A DNA stretch of 64,000 nucleotides, taken from sequence record NC_070936.1; one strand, given 5' to 3'. The position numbers and the translations under genes were made by a program. Positions 47,967 through 57,450 of this stretch are shown piece after piece (position 1 is the stretch's first letter; every line of letters starts with the position of its first letter). The notes under the pieces are model-generated. The model worked only from the letters and a program-made list of their open reading frames with translations. It had not been told where the DNA came from and searched no databases.

Positions 47967-50900
47967 ATGTTTGTAGATCCAGATAAACCCTTACCGCCTG
48001 CTGGTGCTAAGGTTGATACACTTGGTTCTGTTCTGGAAGCAATTATTGAAATTGGAAATGCTAAAGCTGTTAGCACCGGTGATGCGGTAGAGTTTGAAAA
48101 ACGTATTACTGAAGCATTACAGGAAACTGATAAAGTAATTGATGGTTTCAGACAAGACGCCACCAACAAAATTAAAGAACACACCGATAAAGAAGGTGCT
48201 GTTCATGGCGAGACCAAAGAAACTGCTGGTTTGGGTTTAAAAGAAAACTGGAAGATGGCGACACCCCAGGAACATTTGGATGGTGAATCACAAGAGAGCT
48301 TCTGTAACCCCCTTGGATTAGCTGCGTTAGTTAAACGCTACATGTCCATCGATCCAACCAACTATATTCGTTCTCGTCTGATGCCAATTGCATCAGGTGG
48401 TCAATTGGGTAATGTCCCTCAGTGGCCATTTAACTGGCGTGAAGGTGAGGTGGTAGAATCACCATTATCATCTATGGATTATTATACACAAACTCCTTGG
48501 CAGTTCTCTACAGACCAAGGTGTGCGTTTATATCCTTCTATGAACGGTTCAGATATCCTTACTCAGAAAAGACCTGACGTAGGGCGTGCTAGACGAGCTG
48601 TAACGCCTTGGGGCGGTACCGATGTTCGTATTTATAATAGCACCTTAGATATCCGTAGAACACGTCCTGGTGTCTTACGTGCAGAATCTAACATAGAACC
48701 AAATAACCAATTGTTAAAAGGTTCACCGCATCTTTTCGATAGACACAGCGTTTTCTACATAGAAAACCAAGATGTCAAGGTCAGAGCGTTTAACAAAATC
48801 AGATTGCCATTCGACACACTTAAGAATGATGGGGCGTTCGCTAAGAACTGGGATGGGATTGTGGAATCTAGAGAGTCCACTATCTATAACCCGGTAATTA
48901 CAATGCAACGTGGTAACTTAGGTGCTGGTGAAAGTATTTATCTTTCAATCAATCTGGATTTGTATAGCTTCACTGAGCATGGCACGGCTGCCAAAGACGG
49001 CCCTGGTAACCCAGCTGAAACAGTCGCCACACTAGGTGACAAATATGACACCATCAACTGGTTGGTGGGTAACAAGAAGTTCGTCATTTATAATCGTCCT
49101 AATGGAGCAGGTAAAGGTATTTTCCTTGACTTGAGAAGTATTCTTAATTTCACTCCTGCGCAATTGGATGGATTCTGGGTCAATGCTGACCATTCCCACG
49201 AACTTCATGTAGCGTTTACCTGGTTGAACAGACTCAAGGGTGAGTTCGCCATTCGTGTTCCATTGGGTTTCTACTCTAAAGACCGTAAATACTACATCAA
49301 CTACTACATGGACTTGTCATTCAAATCCAAAGAACTTGGTGATGGTAAGACAGCAACTATCACTATTGATTCACTGCGAGATATTGATACCAATATCCAG
49401 ACCTTGAATGATAACTTCCAGGTAGAACCAGACGGGCGTTTTGTTGAGTATCCTGCCGATGTCACTAACGATATCTTCCACCCACGTATTTTTGATGGGA
49501 TCTTTGAATCTCAGGGTGGGCATATCAAAACCTATACGTACTATAACCGTCAGTACGTTGGTTACTACCAACATAATGTTGGTGGGACTAAAGAGTGGAT
49601 CGCTAATGGTGATGAGATTAAACCTAAGTTGATTAAATACAACTACGGTCAAATCTCCACACTTAACCAAGACGGTCTGTATGGTGACCACCTAAGACAT
49701 ATCCCGCTGGGTGTAACTGGCGATACCGTCAACTATCTGACATTAACTCGTGATTGGTCAAACACCTATCGCTGGGGTATCGTGAATGCAGAACTGGATA
49801 ACAAGCCAGTTATGTATAGCAGTGCTGATCATGCATATGGTCCTTGGCGTAATACCTTGATCTGGGTAAACCCTAACTACACTAGAGTTCCAGACTTCTT
49901 AGTTGTGAATGAGGAAAACTCCTCCAACTTTGATGTGAACTGTATGGTGTTCAATACCCAGAATGAGTTTAAGGGTTATGCTCAATTCTCTTATAGTACT
50001 GCAGATAGTCAGTCTACTATAGAGGGTGTTGATCCAGTTGAGATAGATGACCAAATCCTGTCTTACATCGCTACCTTTGGTGGTGGTTGGACAAAGAACC
50101 ATCGACAGATGTTCTACTTCCAAAACAGACTGTACTTCTTTAGTCAGTGTCTGTCCATCCCAGAATGGCCGGCTGATGACGTTGACTGTTACTATGGTTG
50201 GATTAGCGGTGCTTACATCGACGTGACCGATGGCGTCAAAACCATCAAGATCAACGGTAATTTAAAAGATCAAACCGTAGCTAAACCGCTCAAAGTAAAT
50301 AACAAGAAGTCAGCAACTAACGATTGGAATAGCGTATTTGGACGAGATCGTTTCGACTCTACCGATACATACCTTATGTTGATGAACCGTAATGGTAACG
50401 TTTCCAAATACAAACTGATGGTTAACCTGGCGCCTCATAACAACTTCTACTTCGAATTTGAATTGGTCGTTGATGCGGGTAATGGAACTACCACTCTGCA
50501 ACCTGACCCTAGTGCTATCGATCCAGTGTTCCCATATGACCCTGCAAAAGGTTATGCGGTTGACTATGAAGCCGTCTCTGCATATGGCACATTAGTTCCA
50601 CACCACATGCACGTAAACTTCCAGTCCCCGGTAATGATGAAGAAATCTCTTTGGAGTTATCGCAAGACGCCTGGTGTTTATGGTGTGTTCTCAATGTCAG
50701 GGAAAACTACCATTGTTAATGGTGGGTTGATGAATGCCATTGAGGGAACTAACATTTATCCAATGGGATCGTTATTAACCATTGGTGGTGGTAACACACT
50801 AGTTAAAATTCCGGTAGATGCCAAAGATTCATTCTATCCTGCAAGTGATGAACTGTTTGTAAGACAGAACGGTACCATTCTTGAGTTGTATGGTCGTAAC

Positions 50901-53864
50901 TATAACCCTAACAACTACGAGACAGAACCTAACGCTGGTGTTGTTCCATGTGGGTTCTTGAAGAATGGAACATTTACTCATTACGACCCGGAAGGTTGGA
51001 GAAACGCATTACTCCCAGTTATTGATAGTTTAAGAATGAACTTTTATGGTTATGGTTCATCCTTCCCTGCCTTTATGGGTATTTATGGTGAAGGTAAACC
51101 AATTAACCGTTTCTTCTTGAACATCAAAGGGACTAAGTTGAAATGGGATACTGCGCAAGGTAGAGTAATACCTCTCAGTGGTTCCAACTCAATTAAAATC
51201 AACGATCAAGTTGTTCAGCCAAATGGTAGTGGGATTTATACAATACCTAATAACTATACTGGCGTATTGAACATTGAGATTTCAGGTTTGCTGGAATTGA
51301 AATGGGCTAAAGGTATGGTTGAATTGGTTGACATTGGTTCTAGTGTTAACAAGTTGAACTTTAAAGGTTCTACTGACTTCACTATCACTAGTGAATTACC
51401 TGGAAACATCGTCGATTTGGATTATGTCTTCGAAGGCGCTACCGGCTCTACTTATCCAGGTATCGAGAAATGGAATACGCAATACGTTCTGAGTATGGAA
51501 GGGACGTTTAAGAATACCGCCAACTTCAATGCCCCATTAGACTCATGGAACGTTAGTGGTTGTAAATCCATGAAAGAGATGTTCATGGGAACTAAGAAAT
51601 TTAATCAACCTATCAATAGTTGGGACGTATCCAATGTGACCACAATGGAATCTATGTTTGAAAACGCCGTGCTTTTCAATCAACCATTGAATAATTGGAA
51701 GTGCGAAAAACTCACTACCGCATCTAAAATGTTCAAAGGGACGATTTCATTTGATGGGGACATGACAGGCTGGTTAACAAAAACCACTTCTGATCTATCA
51801 GAGATGTTTATGAATACCCAGGCATTCACTGGGAAAAGCATTACCAAGTGGTATGTCCAATTTGTAACCGATGTCTCTAGTATGTTCAAAGGTTCCCAAA
51901 AGTTCATGACTAGCGGAGATTTGAGTTATTGGAGATTGGCTAGATGTAGTAATTTTAGTCGGATGTTTGAAGATTCTACTTTCAATGCCGCCGTTAACGG
52001 ATGGGTTTTTGGAAAGTTGTCTGATTGTAGTTATATGTTTAGCGGAACAACTAATTTTAACCGCCCACTTACACAATGGGAATTTGATAACGTTAAAATA
52101 GCCAAAGGAATGTTCCAACAATCTAAAGCTTTCAATCAGGACCTGAAAGATATTTTCTGGGTAAATTGTATTTCATTTAACTCGATGTTTTATGCCTCTA
52201 AGTTTAATGCCTCGGTTTCCGGCTGGATGTTCGCTAGAGAACAAGACCCGGCATCAAAAACAGGAATAGATATGAACTATATGTTCGCATTTACTTCTGA
52301 CTTTATAGGGGATGGATTGGAAACATGGAACACTGAATACGTGACAAGCATGGAAGGTATGTTTAAAAATTGCAACATCTTGGATAAAGACTTATCCATG
52401 TGGGATGTTTCTAAAGTTAAAAACATGGCCTATATGTTTACAGCTTGTAAAGTTTATAACCAATCGGTTAATGACTGGGATGTGAGTAATCTCCTGTACG
52501 CACGCTACATGTTCTCGGAAACAACCCTTTACAACCAGCCTATGGATAAATGGACTACTTCGTCACTCCAGACCATCCAAGGTATGTTCCGTGGCACTAA
52601 GGCATTCAACCAAGATATATCCATGTGGGATACTTCTAAAATTCGTGATATGTCAGAAGCATTTATGAAAGCTGAGAAGTTCAACTACGACTTATCTAGC
52701 TGGAATACTGATTCTGTAACCACGATGCGTGGAATGTTTGAAACCACAGGTGCGTTTGGTACCGGTGATAATAAGTTCTCACTGAGTAAATGGAATACCA
52801 CACAGGTTAGAGACGCGGGTAGAATGTTTGCTGAAAGTAAATATAATGCCAGTGTTGAAGGGTGCTCATGGAGTACTTCTGCTGACCTGACTGGGATGTT
52901 CCAGAATAACCCAGTGTTCAACCAGCCACTTACTGGTTGGGTAGTTAATAACGTTAGATACGTTAAGAATATGTTCTATGGAGCCACTTCCTTTAATAGT
53001 TCTCTTGAAGGACTAAACTGGGAAAAATGTGAAGACTTCAGTTCCATGTTTGAAGGCTGTACTTCCTTCAACCAAGACTTGGGATCTTGGCAGTTTAACA
53101 AATGGTTAAATGGATCTATTCTTTCATCCAACATGTTTAAGAACTGTTTCGCTTTCAAAGGGACCGGTCTTGAAAAATGGGATGGGCTTAACTTCACTAA
53201 CGTCGCTGGAATGTTTAACGGTTGTACCAAGTTTGCAGCAGACATTAGTGGTTGGAAAATCACTCGTATCACCAACTTGGTTAGTACATTTGAAGGATGT
53301 GCTTCGTTTAACTGTGACCTCACTAATTGGGATGTTTCCAAAGTAACATTGTTGACTTCTACCTTTAAAGGTTGTTCAATGTTTAATGGTGATATCAGTA
53401 ATTGGAATACTGGTCTCGTTACAGATATGAACGGAACATTCATGGATTGTACCAACTTCAAAGGTGACATTAGCAAGTGGAATGTTAGAAACGTTATCAG
53501 ATTTGTTGATACGTTCAATACAGCATCTTCATTCGCTGGTGATCTGTCTGGTTGGGATGTAACTACTTCCATTAACTTCTCTGGTATGTTTAAAGCCGCT
53601 GTATCGTTTAACTCTAATATCGGTAGCTGGAATACTGGACGTGCTGTTAATATGAATGACATGTTCAATGGTGCTGTTAAATTCAACCAACCTATCGGTG
53701 GGTGGAACACAAGTATCACTACTGACATGATTTCTATGTTCAATGGTGCATTGGCGTTCAACCAAGACTTGAGTAAGTGGGATGTTAAACGTGTTAACAA
53801 ACACGCTGACTTCGCTACGAACACTCCTTCTTGGGTTGCTCCAAAACCAAACTTTGTAGTATAA
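47967..53864 (+). CDS. Tail-fibre-like virion protein, paralog 3, with C-terminal DUF285/BspA-type repeat array
   Basis: 1965 aa, AGGAG RBS; N-terminal H...HG.....GLG...NW..AT motif shared with the paralogs; the C-terminal ~820 aa are F(N).(D/P)(L/I)..W(D/N)(V/T)S.V..M..MF repeats. Confidence 0.8.
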   Translation: MFVDPDKPLPPAGAKVDTLGSVLEAIIEIGNAKAVSTGDAVEFEKRITEALQETDKVIDGFRQDATNKIKEHTDKEGAVHGETKETAGLGLKENWKMATPQEHLDGESQESFCNPLGLAALVKRYMSIDPTNYIRSRLMPIASGGQLGNVPQWPFNWREGEVVESPLSSMDYYTQTPWQFSTDQGVRLYPSMNGSDILTQKRPDVGRARRAVTPWGGTDVRIYNSTLDIRRTRPGVLRAESNIEPNNQLLKGSPHLFDRHSVFYIENQDVKVRAFNKIRLPFDTLKNDGAFAKNWDGIVESRESTIYNPVITMQRGNLGAGESIYLSINLDLYSFTEHGTAAKDGPGNPAETVATLGDKYDTINWLVGNKKFVIYNRPNGAGKGIFLDLRSILNFTPAQLDGFWVNADHSHELHVAFTWLNRLKGEFAIRVPLGFYSKDRKYYINYYMDLSFKSKELGDGKTATITIDSLRDIDTNIQTLNDNFQVEPDGRFVEYPADVTNDIFHPRIFDGIFESQGGHIKTYTYYNRQYVGYYQHNVGGTKEWIANGDEIKPKLIKYNYGQISTLNQDGLYGDHLRHIPLGVTGDTVNYLTLTRDWSNTYRWGIVNAELDNKPVMYSSADHAYGPWRNTLIWVNPNYTRVPDFLVVNEENSSNFDVNCMVFNTQNEFKGYAQFSYSTADSQSTIEGVDPVEIDDQILSYIATFGGGWTKNHRQMFYFQNRLYFFSQCLSIPEWPADDVDCYYGWISGAYIDVTDGVKTIKINGNLKDQTVAKPLKVNNKKSATNDWNSVFGRDRFDSTDTYLMLMNRNGNVSKYKLMVNLAPHNNFYFEFELVVDAGNGTTTLQPDPSAIDPVFPYDPAKGYAVDYEAVSAYGTLVPHHMHVNFQSPVMMKKSLWSYRKTPGVYGVFSMSGKTTIVNGGLMNAIEGTNIYPMGSLLTIGGGNTLVKIPVDAKDSFYPASDELFVRQNGTILELYGRNYNPNNYETEPNAGVVPCGFLKNGTFTHYDPEGWRNALLPVIDSLRMNFYGYGSSFPAFMGIYGEGKPINRFFLNIKGTKLKWDTAQGRVIPLSGSNSIKINDQVVQPNGSGIYTIPNNYTGVLNIEISGLLELKWAKGMVELVDIGSSVNKLNFKGSTDFTITSELPGNIVDLDYVFEGATGSTYPGIEKWNTQYVLSMEGTFKNTANFNAPLDSWNVSGCKSMKEMFMGTKKFNQPINSWDVSNVTTMESMFENAVLFNQPLNNWKCEKLTTASKMFKGTISFDGDMTGWLTKTTSDLSEMFMNTQAFTGKSITKWYVQFVTDVSSMFKGSQKFMTSGDLSYWRLARCSNFSRMFEDSTFNAAVNGWVFGKLSDCSYMFSGTTNFNRPLTQWEFDNVKIAKGMFQQSKAFNQDLKDIFWVNCISFNSMFYASKFNASVSGWMFAREQDPASKTGIDMNYMFAFTSDFIGDGLETWNTEYVTSMEGMFKNCNILDKDLSMWDVSKVKNMAYMFTACKVYNQSVNDWDVSNLLYARYMFSETTLYNQPMDKWTTSSLQTIQGMFRGTKAFNQDISMWDTSKIRDMSEAFMKAEKFNYDLSSWNTDSVTTMRGMFETTGAFGTGDNKFSLSKWNTTQVRDAGRMFAESKYNASVEGCSWSTSADLTGMFQNNPVFNQPLTGWVVNNVRYVKNMFYGATSFNSSLEGLNWEKCEDFSSMFEGCTSFNQDLGSWQFNKWLNGSILSSNMFKNCFAFKGTGLEKWDGLNFTNVAGMFNGCTKFAADISGWKITRITNLVSTFEGCASFNCDLTNWDVSKVTLLTSTFKGCSMFNGDISNWNTGLVTDMNGTFMDCTNFKGDISKWNVRNVIRFVDTFNTASSFAGDLSGWDVTTSINFSGMFKAAVSFNSNIGSWNTGRAVNMNDMFNGAVKFNQPIGGWNTSITTDMISMFNGALAFNQDLSKWDVKRVNKHADFATNTPSWVAPKPNFVV
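51396..53861 (+). repeat. About 31 tandem ~25-aa DUF285/BspA-family (bacterial surface protein 26-residue) repeats
   Basis: Counted by hand from WNTQYVLSMEGTF (W at 51471) to WDVKRVNKHADF; repeats are visible at protein level and diverged at DNA level. Confidence 0.85.
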
Positions 53865-53866
53865 AC

Positions 53867-53908
53867 CATAAACTCCCTACCCTTCCTTTCGGAGGGGTAG
53901 GGGTTATG
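53867..53908. terminator. Bidirectional terminator (GTAGG family)
   Basis: CATAAACTCCCTACCCTTCC-TTTC-GGAGGGGTAGGGGTTATG between convergent genes. Confidence 0.8.
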
Positions 53909-53914
53909 TTTACT

Positions 53915-54910
53915 TTATTGCGGTCCGGCAGAAGTATCACCACCAGATTTAACACCACCGTGTCTGTGACCAAGATAGGAAATCCCACCAATAGTCCAGT
54001 CACCTTCAGATGTACCAGTACCACCTTTCTGACTAAATCCACCATCAAGAGATTGATTACCTTTAATGGTGTAATTACCAGTCTGTTCGTAGTTACCGGT
54101 TTGCTTAGTGTTACCTTTGTGTGTGATGTCGCCTTCTATCATAATTGTTGGAGACTTCCAAGTAGTTGTCTGTGTTTCAATTGCGATAGAGTTATCAGCT
54201 TTGATCTTCAAATCTTTACACTGAAGATCTACATTGTTTTTGCCCTTTAACAACATACTGTCTTCACAGGACATTGTGATATTCTTTTTCTCAATATTCA
54301 AGAATGATTTTTCTTCATTGATAAATGAGAAGGCATGATCCATAGAGTTAATAGAAAGAATATTATTCTCACCATCCACTATACCAAATTGACCATTCCC
54401 TGTATCGAGAGAAAGACAATATGAAGTAGGTTCCCCATTACCTTGACCAGTAACTAACTGGATCATTTTTTTATGGGAAGATATCATGAATATGTAGTAG
54501 TTATCCGGTGTTACTGGGGTATTCGCATCAACATTGGGAGAAGAGGAAAATGCATAAATAACAGTTTCAAGTCTGAGGGTTCCGTCCATACCGAAATAAG
54601 TCCAACGGTATTTAGACTGACCCACAAACTTATAGACAACTACCTTACTACCATTTCTAACATCGGGTGCTGTCACACGGTTCGTATTCAAAGCCAACCA
54701 TGTCGCAGGAACTGTGTTAGAACTTAAAGTTGTACTGGAGCTGGTATCTCCTGTAGGTGTTCTGGTTGTTACGGTTTGTGTTTGGGTTTGGGTCGTGACC
54801 TCACCATCACCCTCAGGAAACATTGATGGGATATAAACTTGTATCTCATCAGTATTAGTTTCCTTATCCATAGCAACAATGCCGACACCCAGGCATTCTA
54901 ATACATTCAT
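53915..54910 (-). CDS. Baseplate central spike/needle (gpV/gp138-like; phiKZ gp164-like)
   Basis: 331 aa; OB-fold-like N terminus (TAPDVRNGSKVVVY), G.....-type beta-helix repeats, C-terminal HRH metal-binding apex (YLGHRHGGV). Confidence 0.8.
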   Translation of the reverse strand: MNVLECLGVGIVAMDKETNTDEIQVYIPSMFPEGDGEVTTQTQTQTVTTRTPTGDTSSSTTLSSNTVPATWLALNTNRVTAPDVRNGSKVVVYKFVGQSKYRWTYFGMDGTLRLETVIYAFSSSPNVDANTPVTPDNYYIFMISSHKKMIQLVTGQGNGEPTSYCLSLDTGNGQFGIVDGENNILSINSMDHAFSFINEEKSFLNIEKKNITMSCEDSMLLKGKNNVDLQCKDLKIKADNSIAIETQTTTWKSPTIMIEGDITHKGNTKQTGNYEQTGNYTIKGNQSLDGGFSQKGGTGTSEGDWTIGGISYLGHRHGGVKSGGDTSAGPQ

Positions 54911-54931
54911 ATTTGACCCTTTGAGGTTTCA

Positions 54932-57412
54932 ATGATTACTAAGCTAATTATTAAGAACAATGCGGCGTTATCTAAAAAGGGTGCAACGTACCTAGAGTTA
55001 GATACTAAAGATGTATTTAACATCATAGTGGGTAGAAACGGTTTTGGTAAAACCACCTTGATGGGTGAACTTACCATGCTTCCACCGGATAACGCAGATT
55101 ATTTACCAGGCGGTTATAAAGAAGTACATGCAGTAGTTGGTAAAGATACTTACATCGTTAAATCGACGACAGGTAAGTCCTCTGAACACTTCTTTATCCA
55201 TAATGGAAAAAACCTTAATGAAGGTAACACATTATTGGTTCAACGTGAATTAGTCAAGATTCACTTTGGTGTAACTCCGTTTATCAAGGACGTCATTACC
55301 GGTTTAGATGTGCGTAATCTATTCACCACATTATCAGCACCTAAGCGTAAAGATTTCTTAATGACAGTTAACCCAAATGACACCTCTTATGCTTTAAAGA
55401 TTCATGACAAGTTGAAGTCGAATCTTAATGCACTTAAAGGTGGGTTAAAAACTCAACGTCAGCGTTTAGCTGTTGAAGAAGGTCGTTTGGTACAACTGGC
55501 TTCTATGGATCCTGCAAAGCTCCAAGAAGAGATCAGGGTGATGGACGATCAGATTAAAAATGCTTTAATCATTCACGGTACTTTACAGAACGTTCAACGT
55601 AATGAGTTAACAGGACTTAAGAATGACATTGCAAATATCATTTCATTTTTAATGTCCTCTCATACTCAAGTTAAGCATTCCAAACCTACCTTACTAAAGT
55701 TAAAGATCCAATCAGAGTCCACGCTTGATTATTACAAAACTCGTGAAATCAAGTTAAGTTCTTTGTTGGGTGAATTAGCAAGTCAGTTATCTGGTTTGGA
55801 TTTGGCTAACAACAACCTGGAGACTTATCGTTCTCGCTTAGAACTGAATAACAGGGCTATTGAGATTAACAGGGAAGAACTTCATGCTTTAACACGCAAG
55901 TATGAAGAACATGAGCTGTTTAAGGGAGTCTATAACGATCCTGATTTCCAGGCTTCTGCTTCTGAGTTAGTTAACTATCTTCACGGTGTTAATAAGACCA
56001 ATGACCAGTCAATCACTTCTACGATTTACCAGTCTAAGCAGGAGAGAGCCAGAGAACTCGATAATGAACTTCAAGGGATTCGTCGTAAACTGTCAGATAT
56101 CCAACATCAGTTAGATCATTTTGAGAAAGCTGATTCAGTTGAGTGTCCTAAGTGTACAACTCGTTTCAAAGTTGGGATGGAGAAAGTTAATCCCCAACAA
56201 ATAAGAAATGAAGGAAACATCTTACAGGAACGTAAAGATGTGGTTGAGAAGGAACTGAAAGTTATTTCTGAATGGTTGGAAGATAACCAAGGTTGGTATG
56301 AGTCAATGGGATCTTTGACTCGTTATGCACGTCGTTTCTATAACCCACAGTTAATCATCAGCATGATTTCTGAGTATCGTATCGGTAAAGCTGATATTAG
56401 CATTCTTATCGATCTTATTCGGAGCACTGTGAATTATGGCGAGATCTCGAAAACACTTTCTGTCCTCGAAGAGGAAAATCAGAATGTCGAGAAGCAGATT
56501 AAATTTCTGGAGAGCAGTGATGTTGAAACATTGTTCAAAAGGGCACAGTTTGTGGAACGTGAGTTGGGCTCAGTCCAACGTTCGGTTCGCCGAGTGCTCA
56601 ATGAAATCAATGACTACGACATGCAACTCGATATCATCGAACTCGATGTCCAGAAAAGAGATCGACTTGGTTACCTGATTCAAGAACTGGAAGATAAGTT
56701 AATCGAGAACGGACAATGGCGTATTAAGGTAAGAGTAGAAGAGATCATCCAGGATTTAACCCCTCGTAAAGATCAGCTCATCTCTAACTTGATTCGTTCA
56801 GAATCGCTTAACTCAGTTATCGAATCTATCAAAGAAAATATCGCAGATATGGAACGCCGTGAAAAGCACACTGCTTTGTTACTCGATGGACTATCACCTG
56901 TTAAGGGATTGATTGGTTATTTGATGAATGACTTTCTTAAGTCAGTTGTTGCTAACGTCAACGCTATCATTCAACCTATCTGGACAAACCGTTTACACGT
57001 ACTCAACTGCTCCACCAGTAAAACAGAAGAAGATGTAGATTTAAATTACAGCTTCCCTGTACTTACTGGTTCATCTGATAAACCTAATAAGGATATTGGT
57101 AACTGTAGTGGCGGTGAACGTGAGATCATTAACTTTGCATTCCGTTTAGTCTTACACCGTTATCTTGGAAAACGAACTTGTCTTCCTTTGATGATGGATG
57201 AAGTGGGTGTTGCATTTGATGAACTTCACCGTGGGCGATTCAATGCATATATAGCCGAACAAATCAGACTGGATAAACTACCCCAGACATTTATGATTTC
57301 CCATAGTCATAAAGAGATCTGTTCAGCTGTTCAAACAGCAAACTTCATAGCCTTGAACACTGAAGGTTTGAGACTTGGTTTTGAAATGAACAAGAAGTCA
57401 GTTATTCGTTAA
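54932..57412 (+). CDS. sbcC: SbcC/Rad50-like SMC ATPase (phiKZ gp165-like)
   Basis: Walker A GRNGFGKT, coiled coils, zinc hook CPKC, signature CSGGE, Walker B LMMDE, ISH motif. Confidence 0.9.
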   Translation: MITKLIIKNNAALSKKGATYLELDTKDVFNIIVGRNGFGKTTLMGELTMLPPDNADYLPGGYKEVHAVVGKDTYIVKSTTGKSSEHFFIHNGKNLNEGNTLLVQRELVKIHFGVTPFIKDVITGLDVRNLFTTLSAPKRKDFLMTVNPNDTSYALKIHDKLKSNLNALKGGLKTQRQRLAVEEGRLVQLASMDPAKLQEEIRVMDDQIKNALIIHGTLQNVQRNELTGLKNDIANIISFLMSSHTQVKHSKPTLLKLKIQSESTLDYYKTREIKLSSLLGELASQLSGLDLANNNLETYRSRLELNNRAIEINREELHALTRKYEEHELFKGVYNDPDFQASASELVNYLHGVNKTNDQSITSTIYQSKQERARELDNELQGIRRKLSDIQHQLDHFEKADSVECPKCTTRFKVGMEKVNPQQIRNEGNILQERKDVVEKELKVISEWLEDNQGWYESMGSLTRYARRFYNPQLIISMISEYRIGKADISILIDLIRSTVNYGEISKTLSVLEEENQNVEKQIKFLESSDVETLFKRAQFVERELGSVQRSVRRVLNEINDYDMQLDIIELDVQKRDRLGYLIQELEDKLIENGQWRIKVRVEEIIQDLTPRKDQLISNLIRSESLNSVIESIKENIADMERREKHTALLLDGLSPVKGLIGYLMNDFLKSVVANVNAIIQPIWTNRLHVLNCSTSKTEEDVDLNYSFPVLTGSSDKPNKDIGNCSGGEREIINFAFRLVLHRYLGKRTCLPLMMDEVGVAFDELHRGRFNAYIAEQIRLDKLPQTFMISHSHKEICSAVQTANFIALNTEGLRLGFEMNKKSVIR

Positions 57413-57430
57413 CCCCGGAAACGGGGTTTT
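57411..57430 (+). terminator. Short terminator hairpin
   Basis: AACCCCG-GAAA-CGGGGTT-TT directly at the sbcC stop. Confidence 0.65.
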
Positions 57431-57450
57431 ATTCATTAAGGAATTTAATC

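Noticed and set aside
51396-53861. Possible diversity-generating retroelement or CRISPR-like array behind the variable repeats
   Set aside because: No near-identical template/variable repeat pair, no identical DNA direct repeats with spacers and no reverse transcriptase in the window; the repeats are diverged at DNA level. A template elsewhere in the genome cannot be excluded.
52976-53869. 297-aa antisense ORF with apparent repeats
   Set aside because: Its periodicity is just the reverse-frame image of the DUF285 repeats.
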